A stretch of DNA of 63,508 nucleotides, the filler included. It is 6 parts of 6 records of this genome, joined end to end, with 100 filler letters (N's around TTAATTAATTAA, not from the genome) between each part and the next. Parts side by side here need not be neighbours in the genome. Positions count along the whole stretch, not along the records: positions 1 to 24,910 come from DRR378314_47; 5 more parts are not named here. One strand, 5' to 3'. Positions 10,972-22,538 of the stretch are shown here, piece by piece (the stretch's first letter is position 1; every line of letters begins with the position of its first letter). The notes beneath the pieces are model-generated. The model ran no database searches and was not told the DNA's origin. It was given only the letters and a program-made list of their open reading frames with translations. Made by a program: the position numbers and the translations under genes.

Positions 10972-11106
10972 CACAAATCTCGACACCAAGCCCCCATTCA
11001 GGTAACAATTGCCAGTTACGCCACTTCACGCTTGCAAGGATGCAACGTTAATAATGGTCGGCTGCCCACGTTGCATCGGCCCACTTAGAAACTACGAGAG
11101 CACGCC

Positions 11107-11898
11107 ATGAAAACCGTCACCCTGAGCACTCTGCAGGCGTATAAGCGCGCCGGCGAAACGTTCAGTTGCCTGACCGCTTACGATGCCTCTTTTGCCCATG
11201 CCGCCAGCGCTGCAGGCGTTGATGTTCTGCTAGTCGGCGATTCCCTAGGCATGGTCTTACAAGGGCACACTAGTACGCTTCCCGTGACTATGGAAGATAT
11301 TTGCTACCACACACGCTGCACGGCGCGTGGTAAAGGCCATAGCCTGTTGATGGTGGACTTGCCGTTTATGAGCAACGCCACTACAGAGCGCATGCTAGAA
11401 GATTCTGCCGCATTGATGCGTGCTGGCGCTGAACTGGTAAAAGTCGAAGGCGAAGCATGGATGGCCGACGGTATCCGTGAGATGACCCGCCGCGGCGTTC
11501 CGGTATGCGCCCACCTTGGGTTAACACCGCAAACGGTCTACCAGCTAGGTGGTTATAAAGTGCAAGGCCGCGAAGCCGCCCAGGCCGAACAAATTATCAA
11601 TGATGCCAAAGTGCTCGTTGAGGCAGGTGCTTCCGTAATTTTGCTGGAGTGTGTGCCAGCAAGCCTGGGTAAAGCAGTAACTGAAGCCTTAGACGTCCCA
11701 GTGATTGGTATCGGCGCAGGCCCTGATACCGATGGCCAAATTCTAGTCATGCACGACGTGCTAGGCGTTACTCATGGCCGCACACCGCGCTTCGTCAAGA
11801 ATTTCATGGCGGATGCTGAAAGCATTCAAAGTGCATTTTCACACTACCATGAAGCGGTTAAAACCCGTACTTTCCCAGCCGCTGAGCACTGTTTTTAA
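11107..11898 (+). CDS. panB: 3-methyl-2-oxobutanoate hydroxymethyltransferase
   Basis: Motifs [21 protein letters not shown] and GIGAG. Confidence 0.96.
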   Translation: MKTVTLSTLQAYKRAGETFSCLTAYDASFAHAASAAGVDVLLVGDSLGMVLQGHTSTLPVTMEDICYHTRCTARGKGHSLLMVDLPFMSNATTERMLEDSAALMRAGAELVKVEGEAWMADGIREMTRRGVPVCAHLGLTPQTVYQLGGYKVQGREAAQAEQIINDAKVLVEAGASVILLECVPASLGKAVTEALDVPVIGIGAGPDTDGQILVMHDVLGVTHGRTPRFVKNFMADAESIQSAFSHYHEAVKTRTFPAAEHCF

Positions 11899-11927
11899 GC
11901 GCCAACTGGAACGACCACGACCCCTTT

Positions 11928-12797
11928 ATGCGCACTTTACGAGATATCAACGAATTACGCAGCACGCTCCGCGAATACCGCCAGCGTGGCCAACGCATTG
12001 CCTTAGTGCCCACCATGGGCAACCTGCATCAAGGCCACTTGGCGCTTGTGGCCAATGCTCGTCAGCTCGCTGACGTCGTCATTTCAAGCCTGTTCGTGAA
12101 CCCCATGCAGTTCGGTCCTGGGGAAGACCTGGACGCCTACCCACGGACGTTCGAGGCAGACCAAGCGCAGTTGACCGATGCTGGCTGCGATATTCTCTTC
12201 GCTCCCACTGTCAGCGCGCTTTACCCCAATGGCCTGGCTGCCCAGACCCTCGTGCATGTCCCAGACGTAGGCGAAGGGTTGTGCGGAGGCTCGCGCCCCG
12301 GGCACTTTGATGGTGTTTCTACCGTGGTCAGCATGCTATTTAATCTGGTGCAGCCGGATGTGGCTTGCTTCGGTGAAAAAGATTACCAGCAACTTGCGGT
12401 CATTCGTAAGCTGGTGAGTGATCTACACATGCCTATCGAGATTATCGGCGTACCGATTGTGCGCGCCGATGACGGCCTAGCGCTCTCCTCTCGTAATGGT
12501 TATTTAAGTGCGTCTGAGCGCGCAAAAGCCCCCATGCTATATCGCACCTTATGCGAGCTACGCGATGCGTTAGAGCGCGGCACCCCCGCCGAAGAGGTAC
12601 TACAACAGGGTAAAACGGCACTGTATGATGCTGGCTTTACGCCTGATTACCTTGAGCTACGTGACGCAACGCTTGCTCCTGTGGGCAGCTCGACACGCAG
12701 TGCCGTGCTACTAGCGGCGGCTAAGCTAGGCCCCGCTCGACTTATTGACAACATCAGCGTGCAGCTCCCAGACGCTGCCACTGACACTAGCGCGTAA
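11928..12797 (+). CDS. panC: Pantoate-beta-alanine ligase
   Basis: Motifs [27 protein letters not shown] and LALSSRN. Confidence 0.96.
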   Translation: MRTLRDINELRSTLREYRQRGQRIALVPTMGNLHQGHLALVANARQLADVVISSLFVNPMQFGPGEDLDAYPRTFEADQAQLTDAGCDILFAPTVSALYPNGLAAQTLVHVPDVGEGLCGGSRPGHFDGVSTVVSMLFNLVQPDVACFGEKDYQQLAVIRKLVSDLHMPIEIIGVPIVRADDGLALSSRNGYLSASERAKAPMLYRTLCELRDALERGTPAEEVLQQGKTALYDAGFTPDYLELRDATLAPVGSSTRSAVLLAAAKLGPARLIDNISVQLPDAATDTSA

Positions 12798-12823
12798 GCT
12801 AGTTTCGCTATTTAGGAGTTTCT

Positions 12824-13204
12824 ATGCACACGATTATGCTGAAAGCCAAGCTGCATATGGCTCGCGTTACCCACGCGGTACTCAATTACGAAGGTTCCTG
12901 TGCTATCGACGGGGAATTGCTGGATATGGCCGGTATTCGCGAAAACGAGCAAATCCAGATCTATAACGTGGAAAACGGCGAGCGCTTCACTACCTACGCG
13001 ATTCGTGGAGAAGAAGGCTCTCGGCTAATTTCCATCAATGGTGCAGCCGCGCATTTAGCCTCACCGGAACACCGGATCATTATTTGTAGTTACGCTCACT
13101 ACTCTGAAGCAGAGCTTGAAAAGCATCAGCCAGCGCTTGTCTATCTGCAAGAAGGCAATCACGTTAGCCACACCAGTAATGCGATTCCTGTTCAATTAGC
13201 GTAA
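12824..13204 (+). CDS. panD: Aspartate 1-decarboxylase
   Basis: YEGS self-cleavage site plus RFTTYAI and INGAAA. Confidence 0.96.
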   Translation: MHTIMLKAKLHMARVTHAVLNYEGSCAIDGELLDMAGIRENEQIQIYNVENGERFTTYAIRGEEGSRLISINGAAAHLASPEHRIIICSYAHYSEAELEKHQPALVYLQEGNHVSHTSNAIPVQLA

Positions 13205-13231
13205 GCCAAGCAGTTGAGTAAGCAGCTATTT

Positions 13232-13260
13232 AACGGGCCGTTTTACGGCCCGTTTTTATT
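13232..13260 (+). terminator. Terminator after panD
   Basis: AACGGGCCGT-loop-ACGGCCCGTT followed by a T tract. Confidence 0.8.
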
Positions 13261-13276
13261 TGCCTAAAAAAGCGTA

Positions 13277-13292
13277 TTGCCGCAATGCACAA
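13277..13292. promoter_or_regulatory. Putative PhaR-type operator upstream of the thiolase
   Basis: Imperfect palindrome TTGCCGCAATGCACAA of the TGC/GCA-rich type seen upstream of PHA genes. Confidence 0.45.
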
Positions 13293-13412
13293 CCTTCCCC
13301 TATGCTGATAGATAAGTTCGACACAACATGCTAACAACAATGGAGAGTCCGCTTCCCCTGAAGCCTCTGTCCTCACTCGGAACGTTGCGTTACTTACCCA
13401 AGGAGTCATCAT

Positions 13413-14591
13413 ATGCAAGACGTGGTTATTGTCGCCGCTCGCCGCACCGCCGTAGGAAGCTTTGGTGGATCACTCGCTGGCATTCCTGCTAGCGATTTAG
13501 GTGCATTGGTTATTAAAGACATTCTCGCCTCTACCGGCGTTGCCCCAGAGCAAATTGATGAAGTGTTGCTAGGCCAAGTGCTGACCGCTGGCGTAGGTCA
13601 AAACCCTGCGCGCCAGGCGGCTATCAAAGCTGGTCTGCCTGATGCCGTTCCCGCCATGACGATCAACAAGGTATGTGGCTCAGGCCTCAAGGCCCTTCAC
13701 TTGGCTACCCAAGCCATCCGTTGCGGTGACGCCAGCGTTATTCTGGCAGGTGGACAGGAAAACATGTCTGCGTCCCCGCATATCCTGCCTAACTCGCGTA
13801 ACGGTCAGCGCATGGGCGACTGGAAAGCGATTGATTCCATGGTTCACGACGGCCTGTGGGATGCATTCAACAACTATCACATGGGTATTACCGCGGAAAA
13901 CCTGGCGGATAAATACAGTATCACTCGCGAAGCGATGGACGAGTTCGCGGCGGCCTCGCAACAAAAAGCCGCGCAAGCTATCAGAGATGGTAAATTCAAA
14001 GGCCAGATCGTTCCTGTGGAAATTCCGCAGCGCAAAGGCGATCCAGTGGTGTTTGATACGGATGAGAACCCACGGGAAGTTACCGCTGAGAAGCTAGGTG
14101 GAATGCGCCCGGCGTTCAAGAAAGACGGCACCGTTACCGCCGGTAACGCCTCCTCCTTAAACGATGGCGCTGCCGTGGTGATGCTTTGCTCAGCAGAAAA
14201 AGCCAAAGAACTTGGCTTAGAGCCACTGGCACGTATTGCTGCTTACTCTAACGCTGGCGTTGACCCGGCAATTATGGGCATTGGCCCGGCCCCAGCCACC
14301 CGCCGCTGCCTCGAAAAAGCGGGCTGGAGCCTGGACGACCTGGACCTAGTAGAAGCTAACGAAGCATTCGCTGCTCAAGCGCTTTCAGTCAACAAAGAGT
14401 TGGGCTGGGATGTCAGCAAAGTGAACGTTAATGGCGGTGCTATTGCACTAGGCCACCCGATCGGTGCTTCTGGCTGCCGCATCTTAGTCAGCCTACTGCA
14501 TGAAATGATTGCGCGTGATGCTAAGAAAGGCTTAGCCACCCTGTGTATCGGCGGCGGCCAAGGCGTCGCACTAGCGATTGAGCGCCCTTAA
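13413..14591 (+). CDS. phaA: Acetyl-CoA C-acetyltransferase (beta-ketothiolase)
   Basis: Motifs [20 protein letters not shown] and LCIGGGQG; PhaA/AtoB-type sequence. Confidence 0.85.
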   Translation: MQDVVIVAARRTAVGSFGGSLAGIPASDLGALVIKDILASTGVAPEQIDEVLLGQVLTAGVGQNPARQAAIKAGLPDAVPAMTINKVCGSGLKALHLATQAIRCGDASVILAGGQENMSASPHILPNSRNGQRMGDWKAIDSMVHDGLWDAFNNYHMGITAENLADKYSITREAMDEFAAASQQKAAQAIRDGKFKGQIVPVEIPQRKGDPVVFDTDENPREVTAEKLGGMRPAFKKDGTVTAGNASSLNDGAAVVMLCSAEKAKELGLEPLARIAAYSNAGVDPAIMGIGPAPATRRCLEKAGWSLDDLDLVEANEAFAAQALSVNKELGWDVSKVNVNGGAIALGHPIGASGCRILVSLLHEMIARDAKKGLATLCIGGGQGVALAIERP

Positions 14592-14617
14592 CCACTTTTT
14601 CAATACGGTTAAACGCT

Positions 14618-14647
14618 ATGCCCCCGCTAAGAGCGGGGGCATTTTTT
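14618..14647. terminator. Terminator between the convergent phaA and MFS genes
   Basis: ATGCCCCCGCT-loop-AGCGGGGGCAT followed by a T tract. Confidence 0.8.
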
Positions 14648-14667
14648 ACGGTTTATGTTGCAACGTC

Positions 14668-15837
14668 CTAGCGACGCTTCTCACCCACAATGCTTGAAGG
14701 CGTTCGCCATACCAACAACGCCCCCAGCAGGAATAGCCCCGATGCCGCCCACATAGCAATCGGCAGGCTAGTGCCATCGACGATACGTCCACCAAACATG
14801 GCCCCTAAACCAATCGACATATTAAAGGTAAAGGCCATCAGCGCGGTGGCAGCCTCGGTATTAGGTGCCGTACGTATAATCCAGGTTTGAATACTCACTG
14901 ACACGCTGCCAAAAACAGCTCCCCATACCATTAGCAGCAGGACGCCGCTGATAGGCTGAACACCCAGCAGCGGGAAAACAGCCACAACTAACAGTAACAG
15001 GCTAGGAATGGCCAGCACCGCCCGATAAGGGTGACGCCCAGCAAAGATACCTGCCGCGATATTACCTAAAATCCCGGCCGCCCCATATAGCAACAGCAAA
15101 CTGCCAACATGGCGCTGAGCTACGCCACTAATCTCCTGCAGAATAGGGCTAATAAAGGTATAAGCAGCAAAGTGCCCAATAACGACAAAGCCGGTGGTTA
15201 ACACCGCGACACGCACACCGCGATTGCTAAACTGCTGCGCTAACATACGCAATCGTACCGGCTCTCTTGGCGGCAGTGGCGGTAGCCAACACCATAGTGC
15301 AATGGCGGTTAAAAGACTCAGCCCGCCTAGCGCGCCAAACGCCACCCGCCAGTTGCTCAGGTCCCCAAGCAGCGTACCTAACGGCACCCCCAATACTGAC
15401 GCAGCGGCCACACCACCGAAAATAATCGTCATGGCCTTGGCAACCTGATCGCTGGGCACCAGCCTTGGGGCAATACTGCCCGCAATGGCCCAGAACCCGC
15501 CGATACTAATGCCCACCAACACACGGGCTGCCAGTAGTAACCCAAAATTGCTGGCCACTGCTGAAAGTGCGCTGCCAATCACCATCACAATCATCATCAC
15601 CGTGAGCATGATGCGTCTATCTAGACGGCCTACCGCGACCGGCAACAGCGGCGCAGAGAAAGCGGCAACCACTCCCGGAACAGTCACCATGAGGCCCGCC
15701 ATACCTGGCGTAACACCCATTGACGACGCCACCTGGGACAATAACCCTATAGGCAGCTGCTCAGCTGTCACCAATAAAAAAATGCCGATCATCACGGCCA
15801 CTACCGCCCACCAACGCGGCGCTTGCTCCTTCTCCAT
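14668..15837 (-). CDS. MFS transporter, DHA1 (NepI/YdhP-like)
   Basis: About 12 hydrophobic segments; motifs EQLPIGLL, GRLDRR, LGVPLG and GHFAAYTF. Confidence 0.85.
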   Translation of the reverse strand: MEKEQAPRWWAVVAVMIGIFLLVTAEQLPIGLLSQVASSMGVTPGMAGLMVTVPGVVAAFSAPLLPVAVGRLDRRIMLTVMMIVMVIGSALSAVASNFGLLLAARVLVGISIGGFWAIAGSIAPRLVPSDQVAKAMTIIFGGVAAASVLGVPLGTLLGDLSNWRVAFGALGGLSLLTAIALWCWLPPLPPREPVRLRMLAQQFSNRGVRVAVLTTGFVVIGHFAAYTFISPILQEISGVAQRHVGSLLLLYGAAGILGNIAAGIFAGRHPYRAVLAIPSLLLLVVAVFPLLGVQPISGVLLLMVWGAVFGSVSVSIQTWIIRTAPNTEAATALMAFTFNMSIGLGAMFGGRIVDGTSLPIAMWAASGLFLLGALLVWRTPSSIVGEKRR

Positions 15838-15876
15838 GTTCTCTTCTCTTTTCCTATACTGCCTATAAAACGACAC

Positions 15877-15906
15877 CGCCCCCGCAACTGAAAGCTGCGG
15901 GGGCGG
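15877..15906 (-). terminator. Hairpin/terminator after pnp
   Basis: CCGCCCCCGCA...TGCGGGGGCGG inverted repeat. Confidence 0.65.
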
Positions 15907-15925
15907 CCGTTACGTCTACATCGCT

Positions 15926-18070
15926 TTAGTTAGCGACGTCCGCCTCGGCAGCGGCAAAAGCTGCTTTCTCTTCCTCGGTGATCTCTTTGATTGAGAGTTT
16001 CACACGATTGCGGTTGTCGATATCCAATACTTTCACAATCACATCATCGCCTTCATTTAAGAAGTCGCGCACGTTGTTAACGCGCTCGGCAACAATTTGC
16101 GATATGTGAACCAAGCCGTCAGTACCCGGCATGATATTAACGAAAGCGCCAAAATCCGCAATGCGAACTACTTTACCGTTATAAAGCTTACCAATTTCCG
16201 CCTCTGCGGTAATTGCCAGCACGGTATCAATGGCTTTTTTGGCTGCGGCTTTATCTTCGGCGTAGATGCGCACGGTGCCATCATCATCCAGATCAATAGA
16301 GGCGCCGGTATCTTCGCAAATTTTACGGATCGTCGCGCCGCCTTTACCAATCACATCACGGATCTTGTCCGGATCGATTTTAATCGTCGCCATGGACGGA
16401 GCATTTTCCGACACATCCGTACGACTTTGGCTGATCACGTCGTTCATCTGAGCGAGGATACTGAGGCGAGCATCATGGGCCTGCTGCAGCGCTTTCTCCA
16501 TGATCTCTTCATTGATGCCTTCAATCTTAATGTCCATCTGCAGAGCAGTAACGCCCTCTTCAGAACCGGCAACTTTGAAGTCCATATCGCCCAGATGATC
16601 TTCGTCACCCAGGATATCGGTCAATACCGCATAGCCGTCTTCATCTTTCACCAAGCCCATGGCAATACCGGCCACCGGTGCTTTTAATGGTACACCAGCA
16701 TCCATCAGCGCGAGCGAGGAGCCGCACACTGACGCCATGGAGCTAGAACCGTTAGATTCGGTGATTTCCGATACCACACGGATGGTATAGGGGAAAACGT
16801 CTTCTGACGGCAGCATTGCTTGAACGCCACGGCGTGCTAAACGGCCATGGCCGATTTCGCGACGCTTCGGGCCGCCCATAAAGCCGGCTTCACCAACACA
16901 GTAAGGAGGGAAGTTGTAGTGCAGCATAAAGCGGTCTTTACGCTCACCTTCCAGGGACTCGATCAGCTGCGAATCGCGCAGGGTGCCCAAGGTAGCAATG
17001 GCGATGGCCTGAGTTTCACCACGGGTAAATACTGCCGAACCGTGTGTCTTAGGCAGTACACCCACCTCAATCGCTAGAGGACGTACAGTGGCATTGTCGC
17101 GTCCATCAATACGGGGCTCGCCTTTCACGACACGAGAGCGTACAACGCGCTTTTCAAGGCCAGCAAACGCACCTTTCACGTCATCTTTGCTGAACTTACC
17201 TTCTACTTCTTCGCCTTCAGCAGCGGCCAACTGTGCAACCGCTTCATCTTTCAGCGCTGACAGCGCATCTTGGCGAGCCATTTTGTCAGTAATGCGATAA
17301 GCATCACCTACCTTGGCTTCAAAGGCATCGGCCATGGCCGTTTTCAGTGCTACATTTTCTTGGGCCGGCTGCCAATCCCAACGCGGTTTGCCAGCTTCAG
17401 CGACCAGCTCTTTAATCGCGCTAACGGCTACCTGCATTTCTTGGTGACCAAACAGCACGGCACCGAGCATTTCGTCTTCAAGCAGTTCCTGAGCTTCCGA
17501 CTCCACCATCAATACCGCGTTTTCGGTACCGGCAACAACCATGTCCAGCTCTGAGGTAGTCAGCTCTTCAACGGTTGGGTTTAGGAAGTAGCCCTGCTCT
17601 TCATTAAAGCCCACACGTGCCGCGCCAATCGGGCCGTTGAACGGCACGCCAGCAATACCCAGCGCTGCCGAAGTGCCCAGTAGGGCTGCGATATCGGGGT
17701 CATGATTACGATCAGTCGACAGAACAGTACAGATAACCTGCACTTCGTTCATAAACCCTTTAGGAAATAGCGGACGGATCGGACGATCAATCAGACGCGA
17801 GGTAAGGGTTTCTTTCTCAGTAGGACGCCCTTCGCGCTTAAAGAAGCCGCCGGGGATCTTGCCCACTGCGTAGGTTTTCTCTTGGTAGTGTACCGAGAGT
17901 GGGAAGAAAGGCTGATTGGGGTTTGCTTCTTTTTTAGCCACAACCGTACACAGTACGACGGTTTCATCCATGGTCACCATAACGGCGCCAGTGGCTTGGC
18001 GAGCAATACGCCCAGTTTCTAGGGTGACGGTGCTACGACCGTATTGAAACGTTTTTTTTACCGGATTCAC
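15926..18070 (-). CDS. pnp: Polyribonucleotide nucleotidyltransferase
   Basis: Two RNase PH domains plus KH and S1; GTG start after AAGGAAG. Confidence 0.97.
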   Translation of the reverse strand: MNPVKKTFQYGRSTVTLETGRIARQATGAVMVTMDETVVLCTVVAKKEANPNQPFFPLSVHYQEKTYAVGKIPGGFFKREGRPTEKETLTSRLIDRPIRPLFPKGFMNEVQVICTVLSTDRNHDPDIAALLGTSAALGIAGVPFNGPIGAARVGFNEEQGYFLNPTVEELTTSELDMVVAGTENAVLMVESEAQELLEDEMLGAVLFGHQEMQVAVSAIKELVAEAGKPRWDWQPAQENVALKTAMADAFEAKVGDAYRITDKMARQDALSALKDEAVAQLAAAEGEEVEGKFSKDDVKGAFAGLEKRVVRSRVVKGEPRIDGRDNATVRPLAIEVGVLPKTHGSAVFTRGETQAIAIATLGTLRDSQLIESLEGERKDRFMLHYNFPPYCVGEAGFMGGPKRREIGHGRLARRGVQAMLPSEDVFPYTIRVVSEITESNGSSSMASVCGSSLALMDAGVPLKAPVAGIAMGLVKDEDGYAVLTDILGDEDHLGDMDFKVAGSEEGVTALQMDIKIEGINEEIMEKALQQAHDARLSILAQMNDVISQSRTDVSENAPSMATIKIDPDKIRDVIGKGGATIRKICEDTGASIDLDDDGTVRIYAEDKAAAKKAIDTVLAITAEAEIGKLYNGKVVRIADFGAFVNIMPGTDGLVHISQIVAERVNNVRDFLNEGDDVIVKVLDIDNRNRVKLSIKEITEEEKAAFAAAEADVAN

Positions 18071-18170
18071 GGCGACTTCCTTTAACATTAATATCTACTT
18101 GTCTTTTCGCTTGGGTCGTTTTGACTCGCCACCATTCTAGGCGCTGTGGCGCCATACGGCTACCAGAAAC

Positions 18171-18207
18171 AAAAAAACGGGCAGCCCACAAGGGGCTGCC
18201 CGTTTTT
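18171..18207 (-). terminator. Terminator after rpsO
   Basis: AAAAAAACGGGCAGCCC...GGGCTGCCCGTTTTT. Confidence 0.8.
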
Positions 18208-18225
18208 GATCGTTGCCGTTAACGC

Positions 18226-18495
18226 TTAACGACGCAGACCTAAACGCTGAATCAGAGACTGATAGCGTTCAAAATCTTTACGCTTCAGGTAATCCAACAG
18301 CTTACGACGCTGGTTTACCATGCGGATCAGACCACGACGAGAGTGGTGATCCTGCTTGTTGGTTTTGAAGTGGTCCTGCAGGCCATTAATGTTGGCGCTC
18401 AGCAGTGCAACCTGAACTTCAGGGGAACCGGTATCGTTATCGCCGCGGCCGTATTCGTTGACGATCTCGGCCTTCTTCTCAGCGGTTAATGCCAT
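18226..18495 (-). CDS. rpsO: 30S ribosomal protein S15
   Basis: Motifs [12 protein letters not shown] and DHHSRRGL. Confidence 0.98.
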   Translation of the reverse strand: MALTAEKKAEIVNEYGRGDNDTGSPEVQVALLSANINGLQDHFKTNKQDHHSRRGLIRMVNQRRKLLDYLKRKDFERYQSLIQRLGLRR

Positions 18496-18614
18496 CTGTC
18501 TCTCCAGTAAGCAATATGCCTAAAATTGAATGGGTGAGACCACGCATATTTGCAGTCTCATGCAACTATCTTCACGTACAATTTTCGCGCAAATCGCTAC
18601 GTCCTTGCAACGCT

Positions 18615-19535
18615 TTACGAGATAGCGACGGTACTTAACAGCCGCTTGGGAGCTACTTCCTGCGCCCCTTTTACAACGCCAAGGCCGATAAACGTCTCAG
18701 CGTAATAAAGTTTTGCCAGCGCATCAGGCTCAAGCGCACCAATGGCTAAGCTAGCCGGTTGGCCGTGTGCAAGACGCCCGTAAGCCGTTTCATCCACCGT
18801 CAGCGACGGCAAATGATCAACCAGCACATCCGCTGGCATTAGTTCAGCCTCGCGGGTGGCTTGGTCTGCCAGCGCCTCAAGGCCCTCCAGTGTCCACATT
18901 GCATCGCCAGTAAAGGGCCCCGTTTTGAGCCTTCTCAACTGGCTAATGTGGGCACCACAGCCCAGCGCATGACCAATATCTTCAGCCAAGGTACGAATAT
19001 ACGTGCCTTTGCTGCAGCTGACTTCCATCTCAAAGGCAGTGCCCTCGAAAGCAAGCAGCCGCGCATCATACACGCTTACTCGCCGCGCTGCACGCTCAAC
19101 GTGCTTACCCTCACGGGCAAGCTCATAAAGCTTTTTGCCTTGATGCTTCAATGCCGAATACATCGGCGGCACTTGGTCAATCTCGCCGTGAAAGCGAGCT
19201 AGGACTGACTCGACATCCTCGGCCGTTAAGCGGGGGATCTCGCGCTGTTCAATGACCGTGCCTTCGGCATCACCGGTGTCTGTAATCACGCCCAGTTCTA
19301 CACGGGTGCGATACATCTTGTCGGCTTCTAACAGGTGCGCGGAAAACTTAGTTGCTTCCCCAAGGCAAATAGGTAACAAGCCTGTTGCCATAGGGTCCAG
19401 CGTGCCGGTATGACCGGCTTTCTGCGCCTCAAACAGACGACGCACACGCTGCAGCGCATGATTGCTGGAAATGCCCTTAGGCTTATCCAGCAGCAATACG
19501 CCATTAACCGGCAGTCCGCGACGGCGACGTGCCAT
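18615..19535 (-). CDS. truB: tRNA pseudouridine(55) synthase
   Basis: Motifs KAGHTGTLDPMATG, PPMYSA and CSKGTYIRTL. Confidence 0.97.
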   Translation of the reverse strand: MARRRRGLPVNGVLLLDKPKGISSNHALQRVRRLFEAQKAGHTGTLDPMATGLLPICLGEATKFSAHLLEADKMYRTRVELGVITDTGDAEGTVIEQREIPRLTAEDVESVLARFHGEIDQVPPMYSALKHQGKKLYELAREGKHVERAARRVSVYDARLLAFEGTAFEMEVSCSKGTYIRTLAEDIGHALGCGAHISQLRRLKTGPFTGDAMWTLEGLEALADQATREAELMPADVLVDHLPSLTVDETAYGRLAHGQPASLAIGALEPDALAKLYYAETFIGLGVVKGAQEVAPKRLLSTVAIS

Positions 19536-19951
19536 TAGCGCGTCTCCTCACCATTGTCATTGTCGCCGCCCTCTTCATCATCCTGTTGACGTGCGCGGTC
19601 AGTTGAAACCGCTTCGTCGATCAGTGATGAGAGGTGCTGGCCGCGTACCACGCTTTCATCGTAATGAAAGCGCAGTTCAGGTACGTGACGCAGCTTAATA
19701 CGTTTGGCAATTTGGCTTCTTAGAAAGCCTCCAGCGCGCTTTAGCACCTGCAGGTTTTCTTTGATACGCGCGGGATCTTGCTCACCCAATAAGGTGACAT
19801 AGATATCGGCGTAGCCAAGATCACGGCTAACGGTCGCGCCGCTCACCGTGATCATGCCCAAACGCGGGTCTTTCACTTCGCGCTGGATCAGTACTGCCAG
19901 CTCCTTTTGGAGCTGGTCAGCAACTCGGTCGGTACGCTTAAATTCGCGCAT
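19535..19951 (-). CDS. rbfA: 30S ribosome-binding factor A
   Basis: Motifs VKDPRL and LRHVPELRF. Confidence 0.97.
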   Translation of the reverse strand: MREFKRTDRVADQLQKELAVLIQREVKDPRLGMITVSGATVSRDLGYADIYVTLLGEQDPARIKENLQVLKRAGGFLRSQIAKRIKLRHVPELRFHYDESVVRGQHLSSLIDEAVSTDRARQQDDEEGGDNDNGEETR

Positions 19952-19968
19952 GATTGCTCCTCGCGGCC

Positions 19969-22512
19969 TTACAGGCTGCGCTCGACCTTCACTTGGTCAA
20001 AGACTTCGATCTTATCGTTGACCTGAACATCGTTGTAGTTCTTCACGCCGATGCCGCATTCCATGCCATTACGCACTTCTTGAACGTCATCTTTGAAGCG
20101 GCGCAGCGACTCGAGCTCGCCTTCGTAAATCACAACGTTGTCACGCAGTACACGGATACGTTTGCTGCGCGATACGGTGCCTTCGACAACCATACAGCCA
20201 GCCACTGCACCAATTTTCGGTGCGCGGAACACATCGCGTACTTCGGCCACGCCCACGATCTCTTCTTTCCACTCGGGAGCAAGCATACCGCTCATCGCCT
20301 GCTTAACCTCATCGATCAGCTGGTAAATAACGCTGTAGTAGCGCAGATCCAGGCCTTCACGTTCGATGATTTCACGAGCAGCCGCATCAGCACGGACGTT
20401 GAAGCCGACGACGATGGCCTCAGAAGCAAGCGCCAAGTTGGCATCGGTACCGGTGATACCGCCAACACCCGAGGAGACCACGGCAACTTCAACTTCACCG
20501 GTGGAGAGTTCTTCCAGGGCGCCTTTGATAGCTTCCAGCGAACCTTGAACGTCGGCTTTCAGAACGATGTTGACCTTGGCCACTTCGTCTTGGCCCATCT
20601 GGCTGAACATGTTCTCCAGCTTGGCCTTCTGCTGACGTGCCAGGCGCACTTCGCGGTATTTGCCTTGACGGAAGTTAGCCACTTCACGGGCTTTCTTCTC
20701 ATCGGCAACAACCATGAAGTCATCACCTGCATCCGGTGTGCCATCCAAACCTTGGATTTCGACCGGCATCGCAGGGCCAGCGGTATCCACTTGCTTGCCC
20801 AGCTCATTGGTAAGCGCACGAACGCGGCCGTAATGCAGACCAGCAAGAACGATATCGCCTTTCTTCAGCGTGCCGTTTTGTACCAGAACGGTGGCTACCG
20901 GACCGCGACCTTTATCAAGGCGCGATTCAACCACAACGCCTTTACCAGGTGCGGAAGGTACAGCCGTCAATTCAAGTACTTCTGACACAAGTTGAATGGC
21001 TTCCAACAGCTCTTCGATGCCATCGCCAGTCTTCGCAGAAACGTGAACAAACTGGGTGTCACCACCCCATTCCTCTGAAATCACGCCATGCTGCGAGAGT
21101 TCATTACGAATGCGGTCCAGATCGATGCCCTGCTTGTCGATCTTGTTCACCGCCACCACCATGGGTACTTCAGCAGCTTTGGAGTGTTCGATCGCTTCAA
21201 TCGTCTGGGGCATTACGCCGTCGTCAGCAGCAACAACCAGGATAACGACGTCAGTCGCTTTAGCACCACGGGCACGCATTGCGGTAAACGCCGCGTGGCC
21301 AGGGGTATCCAGGAAGGTAACGCCGCCGTGGTTGTCTTCCACGTGGTAAGCACCGATGTGCTGGGTAATACCGCCCGCTTCGCCAGTGGCGACTTTCGCG
21401 CGACGGATATAATCCAACAGCGATGTTTTACCGTGGTCAACGTGGCCCATAACAGTGACCACCGGTGAACGAGTGATCTCTTCGCCTTCGTAGGAGATGC
21501 CTTCCAGCATTTCCGTTTCCAGCGCATCGTCCTTCACTAGCTTGACCTTGTGGCCCATCTCTTCCACAACGATAGCCGCAGTATCCTGGTCAATCGTTTG
21601 GTTGATGGTCACGGCCGCGCCCATGTTGAACATGGCCTTGATCACTTCATTGGCCTTGATCGACATTTTGTCGGCCAGCTCAGCAACGCTGATTGACTCA
21701 GGAATCGAGACTTCACGGACGATCGGCTGAGTCGGCTTTTGGAAAGCATGCTTGCCGTTGCCACTCTGACTGGCACCACCACGACGACCGCCGCGACGCT
21801 CGGCACGTTTGACTTTCTTACCGCCACCACCGCGCTTACGCTCTTCGCGGTCGCCACGATCCTCATCGTCACTACGGCCTTTTTTCTTAGCCGCTGCCTT
21901 TTTAGGCGGCGCTGTACGACGATCCGTGCGGCCTTCTTTCGGCGGCGCAGGCGGCAAATCATCAGGTGCCGGGGTATCGTCGATTTGCAGCTCAGGTACA
22001 GCGATCTCGGGTACTTCAGCTGCTTTCGCCTTGGCTTTCTCTTCCTCGGCTTTACGTGCAGCATCTTCCGCAGCTTTCGCTTTAGCCGCTGCCGCCTTCT
22101 CTTCAGCTTCGCGGATATCGCGAGCTTTACGCTCGGCTTCCGCTTCCGCCATATCACCTACCAACTGGCGCGGACCAGAATGCTTAGGCTCAGGCGCTTT
22201 CGGCTTATCTTCTTCAGCGCTCTTAACGTACGTTTTCTTCTTACGCACCTGCACTTCGATCGTTTTGCCACGCTCACCCGTTTTAATACGGCTACGGGTT
22301 TTACGCGTCAACGTAATGCGGTTTTTGCTAGCATCGCTGTCACCACCGCCATGACTTTTTTTCAAAAAGCTTAGCAGCGTTTGCTTATCGTCTTCAGACA
22401 CGGCGTCACTTTCTGACGCATGTTTTAAACCAGCTTCTTTCATCTGTTCCAATAGGCGGGGCACATCACGGCCCACCTTTACTGCAAAATCTTTAACTGT
22501 CATATCCGACAT
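19969..22512 (-). CDS. infB: Translation initiation factor IF-2
   Basis: Motifs [13 protein letters not shown] and NKID plus the C-terminal ECGI region. Confidence 0.98.
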   Translation of the reverse strand: MSDMTVKDFAVKVGRDVPRLLEQMKEAGLKHASESDAVSEDDKQTLLSFLKKSHGGGDSDASKNRITLTRKTRSRIKTGERGKTIEVQVRKKKTYVKSAEEDKPKAPEPKHSGPRQLVGDMAEAEAERKARDIREAEEKAAAAKAKAAEDAARKAEEEKAKAKAAEVPEIAVPELQIDDTPAPDDLPPAPPKEGRTDRRTAPPKKAAAKKKGRSDDEDRGDREERKRGGGGKKVKRAERRGGRRGGASQSGNGKHAFQKPTQPIVREVSIPESISVAELADKMSIKANEVIKAMFNMGAAVTINQTIDQDTAAIVVEEMGHKVKLVKDDALETEMLEGISYEGEEITRSPVVTVMGHVDHGKTSLLDYIRRAKVATGEAGGITQHIGAYHVEDNHGGVTFLDTPGHAAFTAMRARGAKATDVVILVVAADDGVMPQTIEAIEHSKAAEVPMVVAVNKIDKQGIDLDRIRNELSQHGVISEEWGGDTQFVHVSAKTGDGIEELLEAIQLVSEVLELTAVPSAPGKGVVVESRLDKGRGPVATVLVQNGTLKKGDIVLAGLHYGRVRALTNELGKQVDTAGPAMPVEIQGLDGTPDAGDDFMVVADEKKAREVANFRQGKYREVRLARQQKAKLENMFSQMGQDEVAKVNIVLKADVQGSLEAIKGALEELSTGEVEVAVVSSGVGGITGTDANLALASEAIVVGFNVRADAAAREIIEREGLDLRYYSVIYQLIDEVKQAMSGMLAPEWKEEIVGVAEVRDVFRAPKIGAVAGCMVVEGTVSRSKRIRVLRDNVVIYEGELESLRRFKDDVQEVRNGMECGIGVKNYNDVQVNDKIEVFDQVKVERSL

Positions 22513-22538
22513 AGTGACCCTCCTCAGCCCGTGACCTT

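Noticed and set aside
19954-22374. Long plus-strand ORFs antisense to infB
   Set aside because: Shadow ORFs caused by codon bias of a highly expressed gene; the same applies to those opposite pnp, nusA, the MFS/MATE genes and the EEP gene
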